Shown here in pieces: positions 34,863-45,332 of a DNA stretch of 64,000 bases; the first letter of the stretch is position 1; every line of letters begins with the position of its first letter. Location: contig CAXGAI010000016.1 of assembly GCA_964007735.1 (NCBI GenBank), forward strand, positions 1 to 64,000. The letters are read 5' to 3'. The position numbers and the translations under genes were made by a program. Source of the stretch: an uncultured Rhodopirellula sp. (GTDB lineage Bacteria > Planctomycetota > Planctomycetia > Pirellulales > Pirellulaceae). The notes beneath the pieces were generated by a model. It ran no database searches. It saw only the letters and a list, made by a program, of their open reading frames with translations, and was not told the origin of the DNA.

Positions 34863-37800
34863 TTAAAAAGGAAAGAGTTTCGTTGGAAGCTCTTTGAATT
34901 GTTCTAACACGTTGGGCAACCTTGGCCACACCTGTGTTGGCTCAGATAGTTCGCTTGTAGCTTTACGATCTGTAATCGTCGCTTGTTGCGCAATATTGTC
35001 TTGTTTGTAGGGTGCGTACTTGGTTAAATATCGTGGCCAGTAACTACTCAGGTATTCGTAGCAGTCTGAGACCCGGCCCTGCCCGGGTTGCGAGTAGGCG
35101 ATCGAAATGTCCTTCATCAATTCCCGGTATTCTCGCTGTTGAAACCATAGATCGTACACCTGGAGATTGTCAATTTCGACATGCCCGGAGGACATCAAGT
35201 CAAAGCCTACTCGCAAATCGGTGAGTCCTTGAGTTGGTAGATCATCCACAATCAAGACATAACGATTCCACTCTGCGGTCAATGGATTGACATTACGCGT
35301 CGTAGTCAGTCCGGATTCTGGTTTTCCAATTGTACGCGGTCGGTAGTAAACCTTGCCATCCATTCGACCTTCGATCGAAAGGCGAATGGAAGGCTGGTGG
35401 TTTGGCGTCGTGGTTCTCATCCAAACGGTGAATGCCACGCGACCCGTTGGCGGCACATCGAAGGGTTCACTGCGAACCCAGAGTACCTGCCTTGAAGCGG
35501 GTGGGCGATGTAATGAGATATGTTGCTTGCCGTTCTGTGGGGAATTCTGCACTATCTCGACTCGGTTTCCGGCTTGGCTGTTATATAGCCATCCCGGTAA
35601 CACTTGGGTGCCGGAAGCGGCTTCGAAGTCAGCATTCTTCAAGGGAGTTCGACTGCTGGGCTGTTGTAATGGACCTAGTCGTTGGTTGATTTTTAAAAGA
35701 CTATTGTGAAGTTGAGGTATGACTTCCTGATTGTACTGTACATTAGCTCCAATCACCTGAGCTTCCGCATGGTCGATCCGGACTGCAATCAGATCAAACG
35801 GCTCCATGACCAGCTGCCAGGTAGCACCCTTGGGATGCCAGCGAAAACTGGATTTAGCATCCTGCCCCAACGAGACAGGATGTCCATTGGGAGGTAACAG
35901 CAATTCCACCTGGGCGGTAGTGGCCCAGGGTGCATTGTTTAATACGTAGAGGTATGTCGAACGTCGATTTCCATCTACAGCAAGGTGCCGGCGAATTACA
36001 AGAGGCTGAGCAATCGGAACCCCACCCGCCCGAACGGTTTCGAATTTTACGGCGGGTAATTGTCGGTAACTGTGGAAGATTTGGCGTGTCGCATCTTCCT
36101 GTCCCATCGAAAGTAGCCATCCCCCGTCGACAAATATCTGTTGATCAGACTTGGCTAATGCCGAAATAAATCGCTGCCGATTGAACTGGTGAGACGGGGT
36201 AAGCGTGTTGGCAAACCAGATGTTGGTGTTGTCGGGCCCCCAAGGTGATTGTTGTTCCAGATCGGTCAGCCGGGAAACATGAGGTGAATGCTGGAACAGG
36301 ATTCCGGTTGTTTGCTGTTGACCATATAATTTCCGGATTCCGGGAGAGCCATTTAGCTCCATTTGCACGTGTTGGCTTACAGGGTCAAGCACCGGGCTTG
36401 TCTGATTAGGCTGAAGCCAAACGACATGCTCGAATGCGTTAGTCGCGGTAGGATTTAATCCAAGTTGACTCAGTAAATTACTCAGCGAGTTTTGAGCGGG
36501 GATGAGCTGCCGCGCTAACTGGCGAGCGTGTCGTGTTGCATACAATTCAGAAGTGGACAGATAAATCCGGGCGGTTGAATTGGCGGGAAATTTTTGTTGA
36601 AGGTCTTCAGCCAGTTGGACATAGAACTTCATCAATTCCTGGCTGACCCAGATTTCCCATTCTCGCCGATAGCGTTGGTGAATAGCCTGGAGATTTTCTT
36701 TATGAGAGGGGCTGGGAACTAATTGCTGTTGCTCGAAGAATCGTGTCAGAGTCTTTTCATCGGGAACCCAATGAGCACTGGGTAGCTGAGTGTATGTATT
36801 AGGAGTTAATTCGAGACAAATACCACCAAAGCTGGCATGCTGTCGATAACGTGTAACGAAAGATTCGACTAGCTTTTTTAGCGATGACTGAACTCTGGGA
36901 TCTAACGGATTGTAAAGTGCCCGTCCATCTGCAGTTGTATTTGCGTCAGGACCGTATTTTAAGTAAATGCTCTTGTCATCCTCACCAATCGCTTCCAGTT
37001 CATGTAGCCTGACAGATAACTGTAAAGCAGGAATAAGGACTAACTTTCTCTCGTCAAAAATACGAAACAGCATTTCGACGACATCTTTCTTTAGCGGGTC
37101 CTGTCCATTGGAAAAGAATACGCCGCTGTCATATTTAGGGAGTGAATTGAAATGAGCACTTGGAAACAGACTGCTGCCATCACTTAACACGTTGAGAATA
37201 GTACCGGAATTCCCCGAATACTGTAGGTAGTCAGCTAAACGAACTCCTCCTTTGTAGAAGGTATTCCAGTCATCGAGCGTGGTGGTATTGTCACCCGCTT
37301 TGGCCTCGGTCGCGCCGAAATTCTCCATGAAGAATGGCTTGTTGAAGTAGGTCAGTGCTTGCCGATTGTTTCGGGTTACCTGCATACTATCTGCAGACGG
37401 GACATTGTTTGAATACAGGTCCGAAATTCTTCCCTGAAGTTCCGAAACCTTAATCTCACCGAAGATGGCATCCCGAGTGCCAAATTGGTTTCTTAAAACC
37501 AGCATGGGATGTTTTGTTTTGGGCCAGAATAGAATTTTATGTTTCAGCGAGGTATTACCTTGAGACCATTCCGGTTTGTGGAGATAGAATCCAGAGTCGA
37601 CCCCAAGAGGCATGATTTTTCCTAGTGCATTGGGTTCCAAAATGCTGAGGGCCATCGTTTGACGTACGTTGGATGGATATTCAACTTCTAATAAATGAGG
37701 GCGGTTTAGATGTTCGATCGTTAATGGATATGCCTGCCAACCACCTTCGGTCAGTTTGCTATACGCTTTACCATCATGTTTTATTTCCTGAATCTGTTTA

Positions 37801-38945
37801 TTACCAAACGGCTTAAATCCTAAGTCGCTGGGAGATGAGCCGGTTAGATATTTCAAAGGATCGGTGGGATCAAGGGAAACTAGGTGTTCCCACCATGCAG
37901 GGTTTGCCGGATTAAACTTTACGATTTCCTTCCATTTGGATTGTTGTGTGGGAGGAGCGTCGATACCACCAACCACGACAAATTGGATTCTTCGAGTGGC
38001 GAGTGGAGAGGGCCGAACGAGCGTGTCGGTAAATCGTTTGGAGTCCACTCGAAACTCAATGTTGTAGACACCGGGACGAGACGGAATCGGAAGTTTTAGA
38101 TTGTTCCAAACGGGAAAGTCACCTTGAGTCTCCAGTTCAACCAGATGTTGTTGTTGATGAATGACCTGTTGTTGGTCGGTTGCAATGACGAATACAGAAT
38201 ATTGAAAGCTGCCACTGCGTTCTCGCCCGATTAAATGTGGGATTAATGAGACTTCAAAAGTTTCATCAGGATGGAAGACCATCGTGGGACGCTTGTGTTG
38301 AATACGGAGCACGTCATCCGGTGTCCGCCTGACTTGTCCACGATTGCCATCTGCATCTAACAACATATCCAGAGACTTAAATAGAAATTGTTCGATAGGA
38401 CGATCCACTTGAAACGTGAGTTCCGGATCGTCAACAGAAACGAGGTTAATCTTCAATCTCGCATTACGGGAAGTGGTGAGTGAGACATCTAACGCATCAT
38501 ATTCCTGGGCCGTTTTCTGGGAGACCGAAATTTGATTATGCAGAGTACTAAAGCCATCCGGCGGGTAATTACTTGATAGAACACTTGATGAACTTAGTTC
38601 TACTCCATGGTTCATTAGGTGTTGGAAATGGCCTTCGGAGACTTCAATGGTGCCGGACCATTGGACCGGTTTACCTCCTCCCCATGCAATACGAAGTCGG
38701 GTGTTGATGGATGAGTTTGTCAGGCGTCCTGCTCTGAGGCCAGCTTGGATGGTTCCCAATCCGGTATTGGAGGCTGACATCCCGCTGACTTGTCGTATTC
38801 CACTGGTTGGATTGGAAGGCCGTGGCACAATGGGAGTTGGTTGTGCGATTGCTGTCGAAAGTGCGAAAGCAATCGACATAAACGCTAAGCCAAATTGACC
38901 TGTTTTCCAATGAGTTAGCACGTTGTGGTAGTCTCCCTGCTTCAT
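34863..38945 (-). CDS. Large secreted multidomain protein with a glycoside hydrolase-like (GHL10/DUF187-like) central domain and CBM-like C-terminal domain
   Basis: Signal-like 'GLAFMSIAFALSTAIAQ'. Central 'DVVEMLFRIFDER.L.LIP...YNPLDPRVQ...RY.QH.SFGG'. C-terminal 'LKNADFE...LPGW...' jelly-roll-like region. Confidence 0.65.
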   Translation of the reverse strand: MKQGDYHNVLTHWKTGQFGLAFMSIAFALSTAIAQPTPIVPRPSNPTSGIRQVSGMSASNTGLGTIQAGLRAGRLTNSSINTRLRIAWGGGKPVQWSGTIEVSEGHFQHLMNHGVELSSSSVLSSNYPPDGFSTLHNQISVSQKTAQEYDALDVSLTTSRNARLKINLVSVDDPELTFQVDRPIEQFLFKSLDMLLDADGNRGQVRRTPDDVLRIQHKRPTMVFHPDETFEVSLIPHLIGRERSGSFQYSVFVIATDQQQVIHQQQHLVELETQGDFPVWNNLKLPIPSRPGVYNIEFRVDSKRFTDTLVRPSPLATRRIQFVVVGGIDAPPTQQSKWKEIVKFNPANPAWWEHLVSLDPTDPLKYLTGSSPSDLGFKPFGNKQIQEIKHDGKAYSKLTEGGWQAYPLTIEHLNRPHLLEVEYPSNVRQTMALSILEPNALGKIMPLGVDSGFYLHKPEWSQGNTSLKHKILFWPKTKHPMLVLRNQFGTRDAIFGEIKVSELQGRISDLYSNNVPSADSMQVTRNNRQALTYFNKPFFMENFGATEAKAGDNTTTLDDWNTFYKGGVRLADYLQYSGNSGTILNVLSDGSSLFPSAHFNSLPKYDSGVFFSNGQDPLKKDVVEMLFRIFDERKLVLIPALQLSVRLHELEAIGEDDKSIYLKYGPDANTTADGRALYNPLDPRVQSSLKKLVESFVTRYRQHASFGGICLELTPNTYTQLPSAHWVPDEKTLTRFFEQQQLVPSPSHKENLQAIHQRYRREWEIWVSQELMKFYVQLAEDLQQKFPANSTARIYLSTSELYATRHARQLARQLIPAQNSLSNLLSQLGLNPTATNAFEHVVWLQPNQTSPVLDPVSQHVQMELNGSPGIRKLYGQQQTTGILFQHSPHVSRLTDLEQQSPWGPDNTNIWFANTLTPSHQFNRQRFISALAKSDQQIFVDGGWLLSMGQEDATRQIFHSYRQLPAVKFETVRAGGVPIAQPLVIRRHLAVDGNRRSTYLYVLNNAPWATTAQVELLLPPNGHPVSLGQDAKSSFRWHPKGATWQLVMEPFDLIAVRIDHAEAQVIGANVQYNQEVIPQLHNSLLKINQRLGPLQQPSSRTPLKNADFEAASGTQVLPGWLYNSQAGNRVEIVQNSPQNGKQHISLHRPPASRQVLWVRSEPFDVPPTGRVAFTVWMRTTTPNHQPSIRLSIEGRMDGKVYYRPRTIGKPESGLTTTRNVNPLTAEWNRYVLIVDDLPTQGLTDLRVGFDLMSSGHVEIDNLQVYDLWFQQREYRELMKDISIAYSQPGQGRVSDCYEYLSSYWPRYLTKYAPYKQDNIAQQATITDRKATSELSEPTQVWPRLPNVLEQFKELPTKLFPF

Positions 38946-39042
38946 TCCAAATCCCTAGACCAAGACTGGGAATTAGCTGTGCAATAAAGCGGAATTATAG
39001 TACTTATCTATAAATAGAGAACAGACCAATCTGAGTCGCGCT

Positions 39043-40278
39043 TTAGGGCTTTTTGTGCAGAGAATCCGGTAGATTTACTTCCTGAGCCAGTAAGTCCGAA
39101 GGGGATTTGAAAAGCGTTTCAAACGCTTTAAGAATGTCATTCCGACGACTGGCAATTTCATTGGATTCCCAGCGATCATCCGGTTTCACATAGAGTCGTA
39201 GATCTCCTCCGCCCGTAGTAAGCGCAAACCAAGCCGGTGTTAAAATGCCAAGTCGATCGTGGGTAAATTTAGAAAGCGTGAATTGTTGAGCCAGAGGCGT
39301 TATGTTCTCACCAGGGGATTCAAGTTGAGGTAGCAGAGAACGATGGCTTGCGGGGCCTTTTTGATGACACTGGCCGGTCATCCATTCCTCTAATGTGGAG
39401 TTAATACATTCAGACTGGAGTAATTCCGAATTTCTAAAGGGTGTTACTTTGGGCTCCTCTGACGCTTGTGGTACAAATTTTGTGATCAATAAGGGGACGT
39501 GTAATTGATCAGTGGCCGGTTGTGAATGTTCATAGCCCACACCCCCATGATGCCCGAGAGCCTGACTTCGCGGTGAGGTGATAATTAGCAGGGTCGTCTC
39601 ACGGAGAGTTTGTGCAAGCGTTTGAATTTGATCCAGTAGAAATCCCAGACATGTATCTAGGACGCTGACCTGCGCAGCATAGGCATGGACAATCTGCATG
39701 ACTTCATCCGGGTCGTTCTTGTTTGTCAGAGGTCCGAAGGGTGGCTGCGCGATGTTTGCTACTTCAGGGTCTTCTTCACCAAAGAACTGTTCCCGACAAG
39801 GGAAGGGGGCGTCCCAAACGACTCCCAGATTACTATGATGGATCCAGGTGAGATCATGAGTAAGCCCCTGCTCTAATTCTTTCATTACCAAACTGATGAA
39901 CTGGGCGGTGGCAGTCATCTCAAGTGAGTCGGCCATATCTGCTGAGCTAGCTGTCGGTATGGTCTTAATCTTGGTGAATTCCTGACAGCCGGAAACATTC
40001 GTCAGAGAATCTCCTTCTTGAATCAACAGGCTGGTTTGGCCTTTCTCCTCTAGTTGTCGCATTAGCGTTGGTCTGGCTTCAGTCGATATTGCGTGTTGGC
40101 CAGTGAGCAAGCTTCGCATAGAGGAATCTAAACAGGTAGTGGAACTCAGGCAGTATTCGGCTGTCATGCCAATAGCAGCCAAATTATCTAATTCTGGCGT
40201 GGGATTCCAGGTATTTCCATAAGGTGAAAGGTATCTTGCACTTAGTTGATCAATAGTAATGATGATAGCTTTAGGCAT
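39043..40278 (-). CDS. Sulfatase/alkaline phosphatase-superfamily protein lacking the catalytic CxPxR motif
   Basis: 'AIIITIDQL....L..YGN....TPELD.LA..G', 'RSLLTGQH', 'YAAQV..LD..LG', 'LHVPLLI'. No CxPxR or SxPxR. Confidence 0.75.
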   Translation of the reverse strand: MPKAIIITIDQLSARYLSPYGNTWNPTPELDNLAAIGMTAEYCLSSTTCLDSSMRSLLTGQHAISTEARPTLMRQLEEKGQTSLLIQEGDSLTNVSGCQEFTKIKTIPTASSADMADSLEMTATAQFISLVMKELEQGLTHDLTWIHHSNLGVVWDAPFPCREQFFGEEDPEVANIAQPPFGPLTNKNDPDEVMQIVHAYAAQVSVLDTCLGFLLDQIQTLAQTLRETTLLIITSPRSQALGHHGGVGYEHSQPATDQLHVPLLITKFVPQASEEPKVTPFRNSELLQSECINSTLEEWMTGQCHQKGPASHRSLLPQLESPGENITPLAQQFTLSKFTHDRLGILTPAWFALTTGGGDLRLYVKPDDRWESNEIASRRNDILKAFETLFKSPSDLLAQEVNLPDSLHKKP

Positions 40279-40404
40279 GGCTTTAGCGATATTTGCCGTT
40301 TCAATCTAATGATGGATTGTGTGGATTCATGACTGTTCTATAGTACTAGTTTTTACACGTTCTATTAGAATAATTGAATAGTCTTAAGACCGGATCCTTT
40401 CAAT

Positions 40405-41016
40405 ATGCAACTAACCAGCCGATTGCTCGTGGCAGCTGCTAAACTTATTAGCGGTTATACTGTGCGCTGGAAGAATGCGATGCCGGACACCTGCCAGCGA
40501 ATCTACTTTGCCAATCATACAAGTCATCTTGATGGATTGGTACTCTGGGCGGGGCTGCCTCCTCACTTACGGGAACTGACACGCCCAGTAGCTGCGAAAG
40601 ATTATTGGGAAAAAGGGTGGATACGTCGGCATGTGGCCACTGCTTTTAACGCCTTGTTAATTGATCGTCGTGAAGTTAAAGTTCACCAGAGCCCAGTGGA
40701 CTTGATGATTCGTGAAATGGAAGACAAATACAGTTTGATCATCTTTCCTGAAGGGAGTCGTAATGTCAAAGAGCAAATGAATAAGTTCAAAAGCGGCTTG
40801 TATTATTTGGCAAAGAAACGCCCGGATCTCGAGTTAGTGCCAGTTTATTTAGATAACATGAATCGTATACTGCCGCGTGGGGAAGTGTTGCCGGTACCAC
40901 TACTGAGCAACATCACGATTGGAGCTCCGATTTGGCTGGAACAGGGAGAATCGAAACAGCAGTTTCTGGATCGTGCTCGCCAGTCGATTATTAGATTGAG
41001 GGATGACGAAGAGTAA
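40405..41016 (+). CDS. Lysophospholipid (1-acyl-G3P) acyltransferase, PlsC family
   Basis: ANHTSHLD (HxxxxD), AAKDYW, FPEGSR, FKSG. Confidence 0.93.
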   Translation: MQLTSRLLVAAAKLISGYTVRWKNAMPDTCQRIYFANHTSHLDGLVLWAGLPPHLRELTRPVAAKDYWEKGWIRRHVATAFNALLIDRREVKVHQSPVDLMIREMEDKYSLIIFPEGSRNVKEQMNKFKSGLYYLAKKRPDLELVPVYLDNMNRILPRGEVLPVPLLSNITIGAPIWLEQGESKQQFLDRARQSIIRLRDDEE

Positions 41017-42038
41017 TGCTTTTTGATACGTTGCATCCCTTTGTATGGGGGTTTTTGGAAGAATCTTCTAAGCTATCCCTTCCGTTTGAAAAACGAACCG
41101 CCTGGCTGATTGCAGCGGTCATGATCTCATTGATTATCGGCTCGCTGGTCGGGAAACTATTGGAGCGAAGTTCGGAGGAACGCCTGAACAGTGCGGTCGT
41201 TCGTTCCTTCAATCAACGGATCCGGTCCTGGTGGTTGATGTGTGCAATCCTAATCGCCGGATTAGTCATTGGACCAACCGGTACAGTTGTGTTGTTTGGA
41301 ATGATCGCATTCTGGGCATTGCGTGAATTCATTACGATGACACCAACCAGACGAGGTGATCATCGAGCTTTGTTTTGGGTGTTGGTCATTTTTACTCCAC
41401 TGCAGTTTTTTCTAGTGGGGTTGAATGATGAACGACAGATGTTCAAAGTTTTGTTGCCACTCATCGCAGCCTTGTTTGTGCCTATGCGAATTGCATTGGC
41501 GAATGATGAAAAGAGATTTCTCGAACGATCAGCCAAGATACTGATCGGGATTTTGATTTGTGTCTACGCTTTGAGTTTCGCACCAGCCATACTATATCTA
41601 AAAATCGTCGATAGTACCGGCCAACTTTGGAATGCTAATAAAGGCTTATTGTTTTTCTTTGTTTTGATCACTCAGCTTAATGATGTGATGCAATTCGGCT
41701 GGGGTAAGCTGATTGGACGTAATCTGATTGCGGATCGAATTAATACAAGCCGAACATCCGAAGGTGTTATTGCCGCGGCCGCAAGCTCAGCGCTCTTAGG
41801 AGCTTTATTTTGCTGGGTGACCCCTTTTCTTTTTTGGCAAGCAGCGCTTATTGCTGTCGTGATTTCTCTAACCGGTTTTGCCGGTGGACTTACAATGTCG
41901 GCGATTAAACGAGATCGAGGGGTTAAAGACTTTGGAACACTGTTGCAGGGGCATGCCGGGATTCTTGATAGAATTGATTCACTCTGTTTCGCTGCACCCG
42001 TTTTCTACCTTCTGACGGAGTACTTTTTTACAAAGTAA
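41016..42038 (+). CDS. Phosphatidate cytidylyltransferase (YnbB/CdsA family)
   Basis: RIRSWW, ALREF, NDVMQF.WGKL.G, SAIKRDRGVKDFG..L.GH.GILDRIDS. TAATG-coupled to the acyltransferase. Confidence 0.93.
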   Translation: MLFDTLHPFVWGFLEESSKLSLPFEKRTAWLIAAVMISLIIGSLVGKLLERSSEERLNSAVVRSFNQRIRSWWLMCAILIAGLVIGPTGTVVLFGMIAFWALREFITMTPTRRGDHRALFWVLVIFTPLQFFLVGLNDERQMFKVLLPLIAALFVPMRIALANDEKRFLERSAKILIGILICVYALSFAPAILYLKIVDSTGQLWNANKGLLFFFVLITQLNDVMQFGWGKLIGRNLIADRINTSRTSEGVIAAAASSALLGALFCWVTPFLFWQAALIAVVISLTGFAGGLTMSAIKRDRGVKDFGTLLQGHAGILDRIDSLCFAAPVFYLLTEYFFTK

Positions 42039-42162
42039 TTCCGCTCGGTTACAAGGTGAAGGCCGAGGTTTATTTGGGTTACGTGTTTTTTGAAATAAGA
42101 GTATCCTTAATCACTAGTTCACAAATACTATCAAAGTAACATTCATTCAGAGGACGTTTTTT

Positions 42163-43002
42163 ATGGGATTGTTTGACGGTAAGAAAGGTCTTGTTCTAGG
42201 CGTCGCCAATGACCGTTCTATAGCTTGGGCTATTGCCAAAACCATTATGGAAGAAGGCGGTGAAATTGGTTTTACACATCTGCCAGATCGTCCCGATGAT
42301 GAAAAACGAAAAAATCGTCGACGAGTCACCAAGTGTACCGATCAGTATCCTGAACAGACAAAGTTTGTCGTTCCGATGAACGTACAGGATGACGGTGATA
42401 TTGCTTCGGTTATGGAAACAGCCAAGCAGGAGTTCGGCGAAATTGACTTTCTACTCCACTCGATTGCTTTTGCCGATCGCGATGATCTGTCCCGCGACAC
42501 AGTAGAAACAAGCCGCGATGGGTTTAAGATGGCAATGGAAATTAGTGCTTATAGTCTTATTGCAGTCGCTAACGCTGCGAAAGACATCATCAAAGAAAAT
42601 GGTTCTATCGCCACCATGACTTATTTTGGCGGCGAAAAGTGTGTACCGGGCTATAACGTCATGGGGATTTGTAAAGCTGCGCTCGAAGCAGCCGTTCGGT
42701 ATCTTGCTTATGATTTCGGACCTCGCGGTATCAAAGTGAATGCGCTAAGTGCCGGGCCTCTCAAAACGTTGGCTGGAAGTGCTGCTGGTGTTGGCGAGAT
42801 GTTAACAATGTACCAGGATATCGCTCCGCTTTGTCGTAACATTACTCATGAAGAAGTGGGACGCAGTGGAGCCTTTCTGTTGTCAGAGTTTTCTAGTGGA
42901 ATTACGGGTGAAGTGCTACACATCGATGGTGGATACAATGCCATGGGATCACCTGGCCGTCTGCTTGATAAAGTTCGTGAACTTCAGGCAGGTAACCAGT
43001 AA
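42163..43002 (+). CDS. fabI: Enoyl-ACP reductase (NADH) FabI
   Basis: GVANDRSIAWAIA, HSIAFA, ISAYSL, YNVMGICKAALE, VNALSAGP, GITGEVLHIDGG. Confidence 0.95.
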   Translation: MGLFDGKKGLVLGVANDRSIAWAIAKTIMEEGGEIGFTHLPDRPDDEKRKNRRRVTKCTDQYPEQTKFVVPMNVQDDGDIASVMETAKQEFGEIDFLLHSIAFADRDDLSRDTVETSRDGFKMAMEISAYSLIAVANAAKDIIKENGSIATMTYFGGEKCVPGYNVMGICKAALEAAVRYLAYDFGPRGIKVNALSAGPLKTLAGSAAGVGEMLTMYQDIAPLCRNITHEEVGRSGAFLLSEFSSGITGEVLHIDGGYNAMGSPGRLLDKVRELQAGNQ

Positions 43003-43027
43003 GCTTTTAGCAGCTGGTCGAATTGCC

Positions 43028-43420
43028 ATGCAAAAAATACAACGGATAGCGGTTGCCGTGGTTGAACACAACGGCCGTTTTCTTGTTGGTGTTCGAGGTA
43101 TGACCGACTCTTTGGCAGGATTTCATGAATTCCCGGGAGGGAAAATTGAAGTTGGTGAATCTCCGGAGCAAGCGGCTGTTCGGGAATGTTTGGAAGAAGC
43201 CGAAGTGCAGGTAGTACCTATCGGCAGATATTCCCAGGCCGTTCATCATTATGAGCATGCGAGTGTTGAATTGAATTTTATCGCTTGCGCCGTCGAGAAA
43301 TGGTCAGATCCGCAATATGGATTTGAGTGGATTGAACGAAATAATCTGACAGACTGTAAATTTCCGGCGGGAAATTCCCAGTTGCTGGCTGAGCTCGAGA
43401 CAGATACTCCCCCTAAATAA
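43028..43420 (+). CDS. NUDIX hydrolase (MutT-like)
   Basis: EFPGGKIEVGESPEQAAVRECLEE Nudix box. Start moved to the ATG at 43028 to remove the overlap with fabI. Confidence 0.9.
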   Translation: MQKIQRIAVAVVEHNGRFLVGVRGMTDSLAGFHEFPGGKIEVGESPEQAAVRECLEEAEVQVVPIGRYSQAVHHYEHASVELNFIACAVEKWSDPQYGFEWIERNNLTDCKFPAGNSQLLAELETDTPPK

Positions 43421-43595
43421 GCCAGTGAAAAACCTGCGAATTGCAATCGTACTATGCCAAATTGGTCTAGGCTCGTTTAGTCTATTCGAGGTCTAATGAT
43501 CGCAATCCAGAACACAGGATGTGTGCCTTTCTAGACATTATGGGATGGCATTGGGTTGTATTTGTAGAAACGCAAGGAAGCGTTGGGGGTATGGC

Positions 43596-44768
43596 ATGGA
43601 TGCGCGTAAAGCAGCGCTCGTATTGGCAGTGCTTGCTTGTTCCATCACGGGAGCAAGTTTTAGAACTCAGAATTTCATCGTGACTGCGACCAGCCCGTCT
43701 TTGGCACGAGAAGTGGCAGTTTCCGCGGAGAGATTTCGTAAAGAACTGGCCCTCGAATGGCTCGGTTATGAATTGCAGCCCTGGCCTTCCCCAATTCCTA
43801 TTCGCGTTCATTCGGCAGGCCATCTCGGAGCAGGAGGAGTGACCAGCTTTGTTTTCGTCGACAACGTACCTGAACAATGGCAGATGACCCTACAGGGAAC
43901 ACGTCAGCGGGTGTTGGATTCCGTGCTGCCGCATGAGATCAGTCATACCGTCTTCGCAACTCACTTCGGTCGTCCTTTACCTCGTTGGGCAGATGAAGGG
44001 GCTTGTACTACCGTTGAACATACTTCCGAAAAACAAAAACAACATGCCTTGTTGATGAGATATCTGACGACCAATCGAGGAATTCCTTTCAACCAAATGT
44101 TGCGTATGAAGGATTATCCACGAGATATCATGACACTGTACTCTCAGGGTTTTTCGGTGAGTCAGTATCTAATTGCTCATCGTGGTAAACGGATATTTAT
44201 CAAATTCCTCGAACGTGCGATGAAAGATCAGGATTGGGATGCCGCGATTGGAGAGTATTATCCCTTTCAAAATGCATCCGACTTGCAAACTAAATGGGTT
44301 GCCTGGGTTGGTAAAGGGAGTCCCCGGATCCAGTCGCCGACTTTACCGCCGGTAGCTAGTCAAACAGTTGCTGTGAACAACGTTACGTCCGGCGAAACAG
44401 TTAGTACGAATGTTCAATTCAATGACGAAAAAATGGTGCCCATTGGTTATCGCCCTGATATGGCTAGCGTGACCGAGGTCAAAAATCAAACGGCGACGGT
44501 ACCTCCACTCAGAGATGGATGGACGTCGCGTCATAAAAGTAAGAACGCCCAGACTCTACCGCCCACATCGGCAAGTTTCTCGAGAGTGATCCATCGTGGT
44601 AAACAGGCAAAGACTGAAGTTAGTCGCCCGCAACCCATGAGTCATCCGCGTCCCGTCATTTTGCAAGCCTCAACTCAGTCTGAAGTTTCCAGTCGGGTGA
44701 CAGAAATAAAATCACGTCCCCAATCAGCCAACTCAACATCAAAACTAAAGTGGTTGCCTCCGAGATAG
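43596..44768 (+). CDS. Secreted HExxH (gluzincin/peptidase MA-like) protein with a low-complexity C-terminal tail
   Basis: Signal '[20 protein letters not shown]'. VLPHEISH...PRWADEG. P/S/T-rich tail. Confidence 0.78.
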   Translation: MDARKAALVLAVLACSITGASFRTQNFIVTATSPSLAREVAVSAERFRKELALEWLGYELQPWPSPIPIRVHSAGHLGAGGVTSFVFVDNVPEQWQMTLQGTRQRVLDSVLPHEISHTVFATHFGRPLPRWADEGACTTVEHTSEKQKQHALLMRYLTTNRGIPFNQMLRMKDYPRDIMTLYSQGFSVSQYLIAHRGKRIFIKFLERAMKDQDWDAAIGEYYPFQNASDLQTKWVAWVGKGSPRIQSPTLPPVASQTVAVNNVTSGETVSTNVQFNDEKMVPIGYRPDMASVTEVKNQTATVPPLRDGWTSRHKSKNAQTLPPTSASFSRVIHRGKQAKTEVSRPQPMSHPRPVILQASTQSEVSSRVTEIKSRPQSANSTSKLKWLPPR

Positions 44769-44848
44769 CGTATGATAGAGTTTCTGGACATGATGGCATT
44801 TTAACAATTGCCAACCAGATCAATCTAGCAATGATTGTCGGAAACACT

Positions 44849-45262
44849 ATGCAACCATTTCACCTAGCCGTTCCTGTTCGTGATGTAGCTATTGCGCGTC
44901 AATTCTATAAAGAAGTGATTGGATGTACTGAGGGGCGGTCCGATACTCGTTGGGTTGATTTTGACTTGTTTGGACACCAGTTTGTAATTCATCAGAAAGA
45001 TGATTTGCAAGTTGAAAATAGCACCAATCCAGTGGATGGCCATGATGTACCGATTCCTCATTTTGGAGTCGTGTTGGATTGGGAGAAGTGGCACGAATTT
45101 GCTGATCGATTGCAAGAGCATCAGATTGAGTTTGTTATTGAGCCTGGTATCCGGTTTGAAGGCCAGATTGGCGAACAGGCCACGATGTTCTTTCTTGATC
45201 CCAGCGGTAATGCGTTGGAATTCAAAGCATTTAAAGATCCATCTCAACTCTTCGCAAGTTAG
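44849..45262 (+). CDS. VOC/glyoxalase family protein
   Basis: [17 protein letters not shown]...WVDF...[26 protein letters not shown]. Confidence 0.92.
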   Translation: MQPFHLAVPVRDVAIARQFYKEVIGCTEGRSDTRWVDFDLFGHQFVIHQKDDLQVENSTNPVDGHDVPIPHFGVVLDWEKWHEFADRLQEHQIEFVIEPGIRFEGQIGEQATMFFLDPSGNALEFKAFKDPSQLFAS

Positions 45263-45332
45263 AGTAATTGAATCTACGAGATAGGCAGCCAAAGTGATTT
45301 ACAGATAGTAGCTATTTAAATTAAGTAGTTTA

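Noticed and set aside
42848..43027. N-terminal extension of the NUDIX ORF overlapping fabI (similar extensions at 21546, 44750 and 57773)
   Set aside because: Artefact of longest-ORF calling. Downstream ATGs give normal-length proteins.
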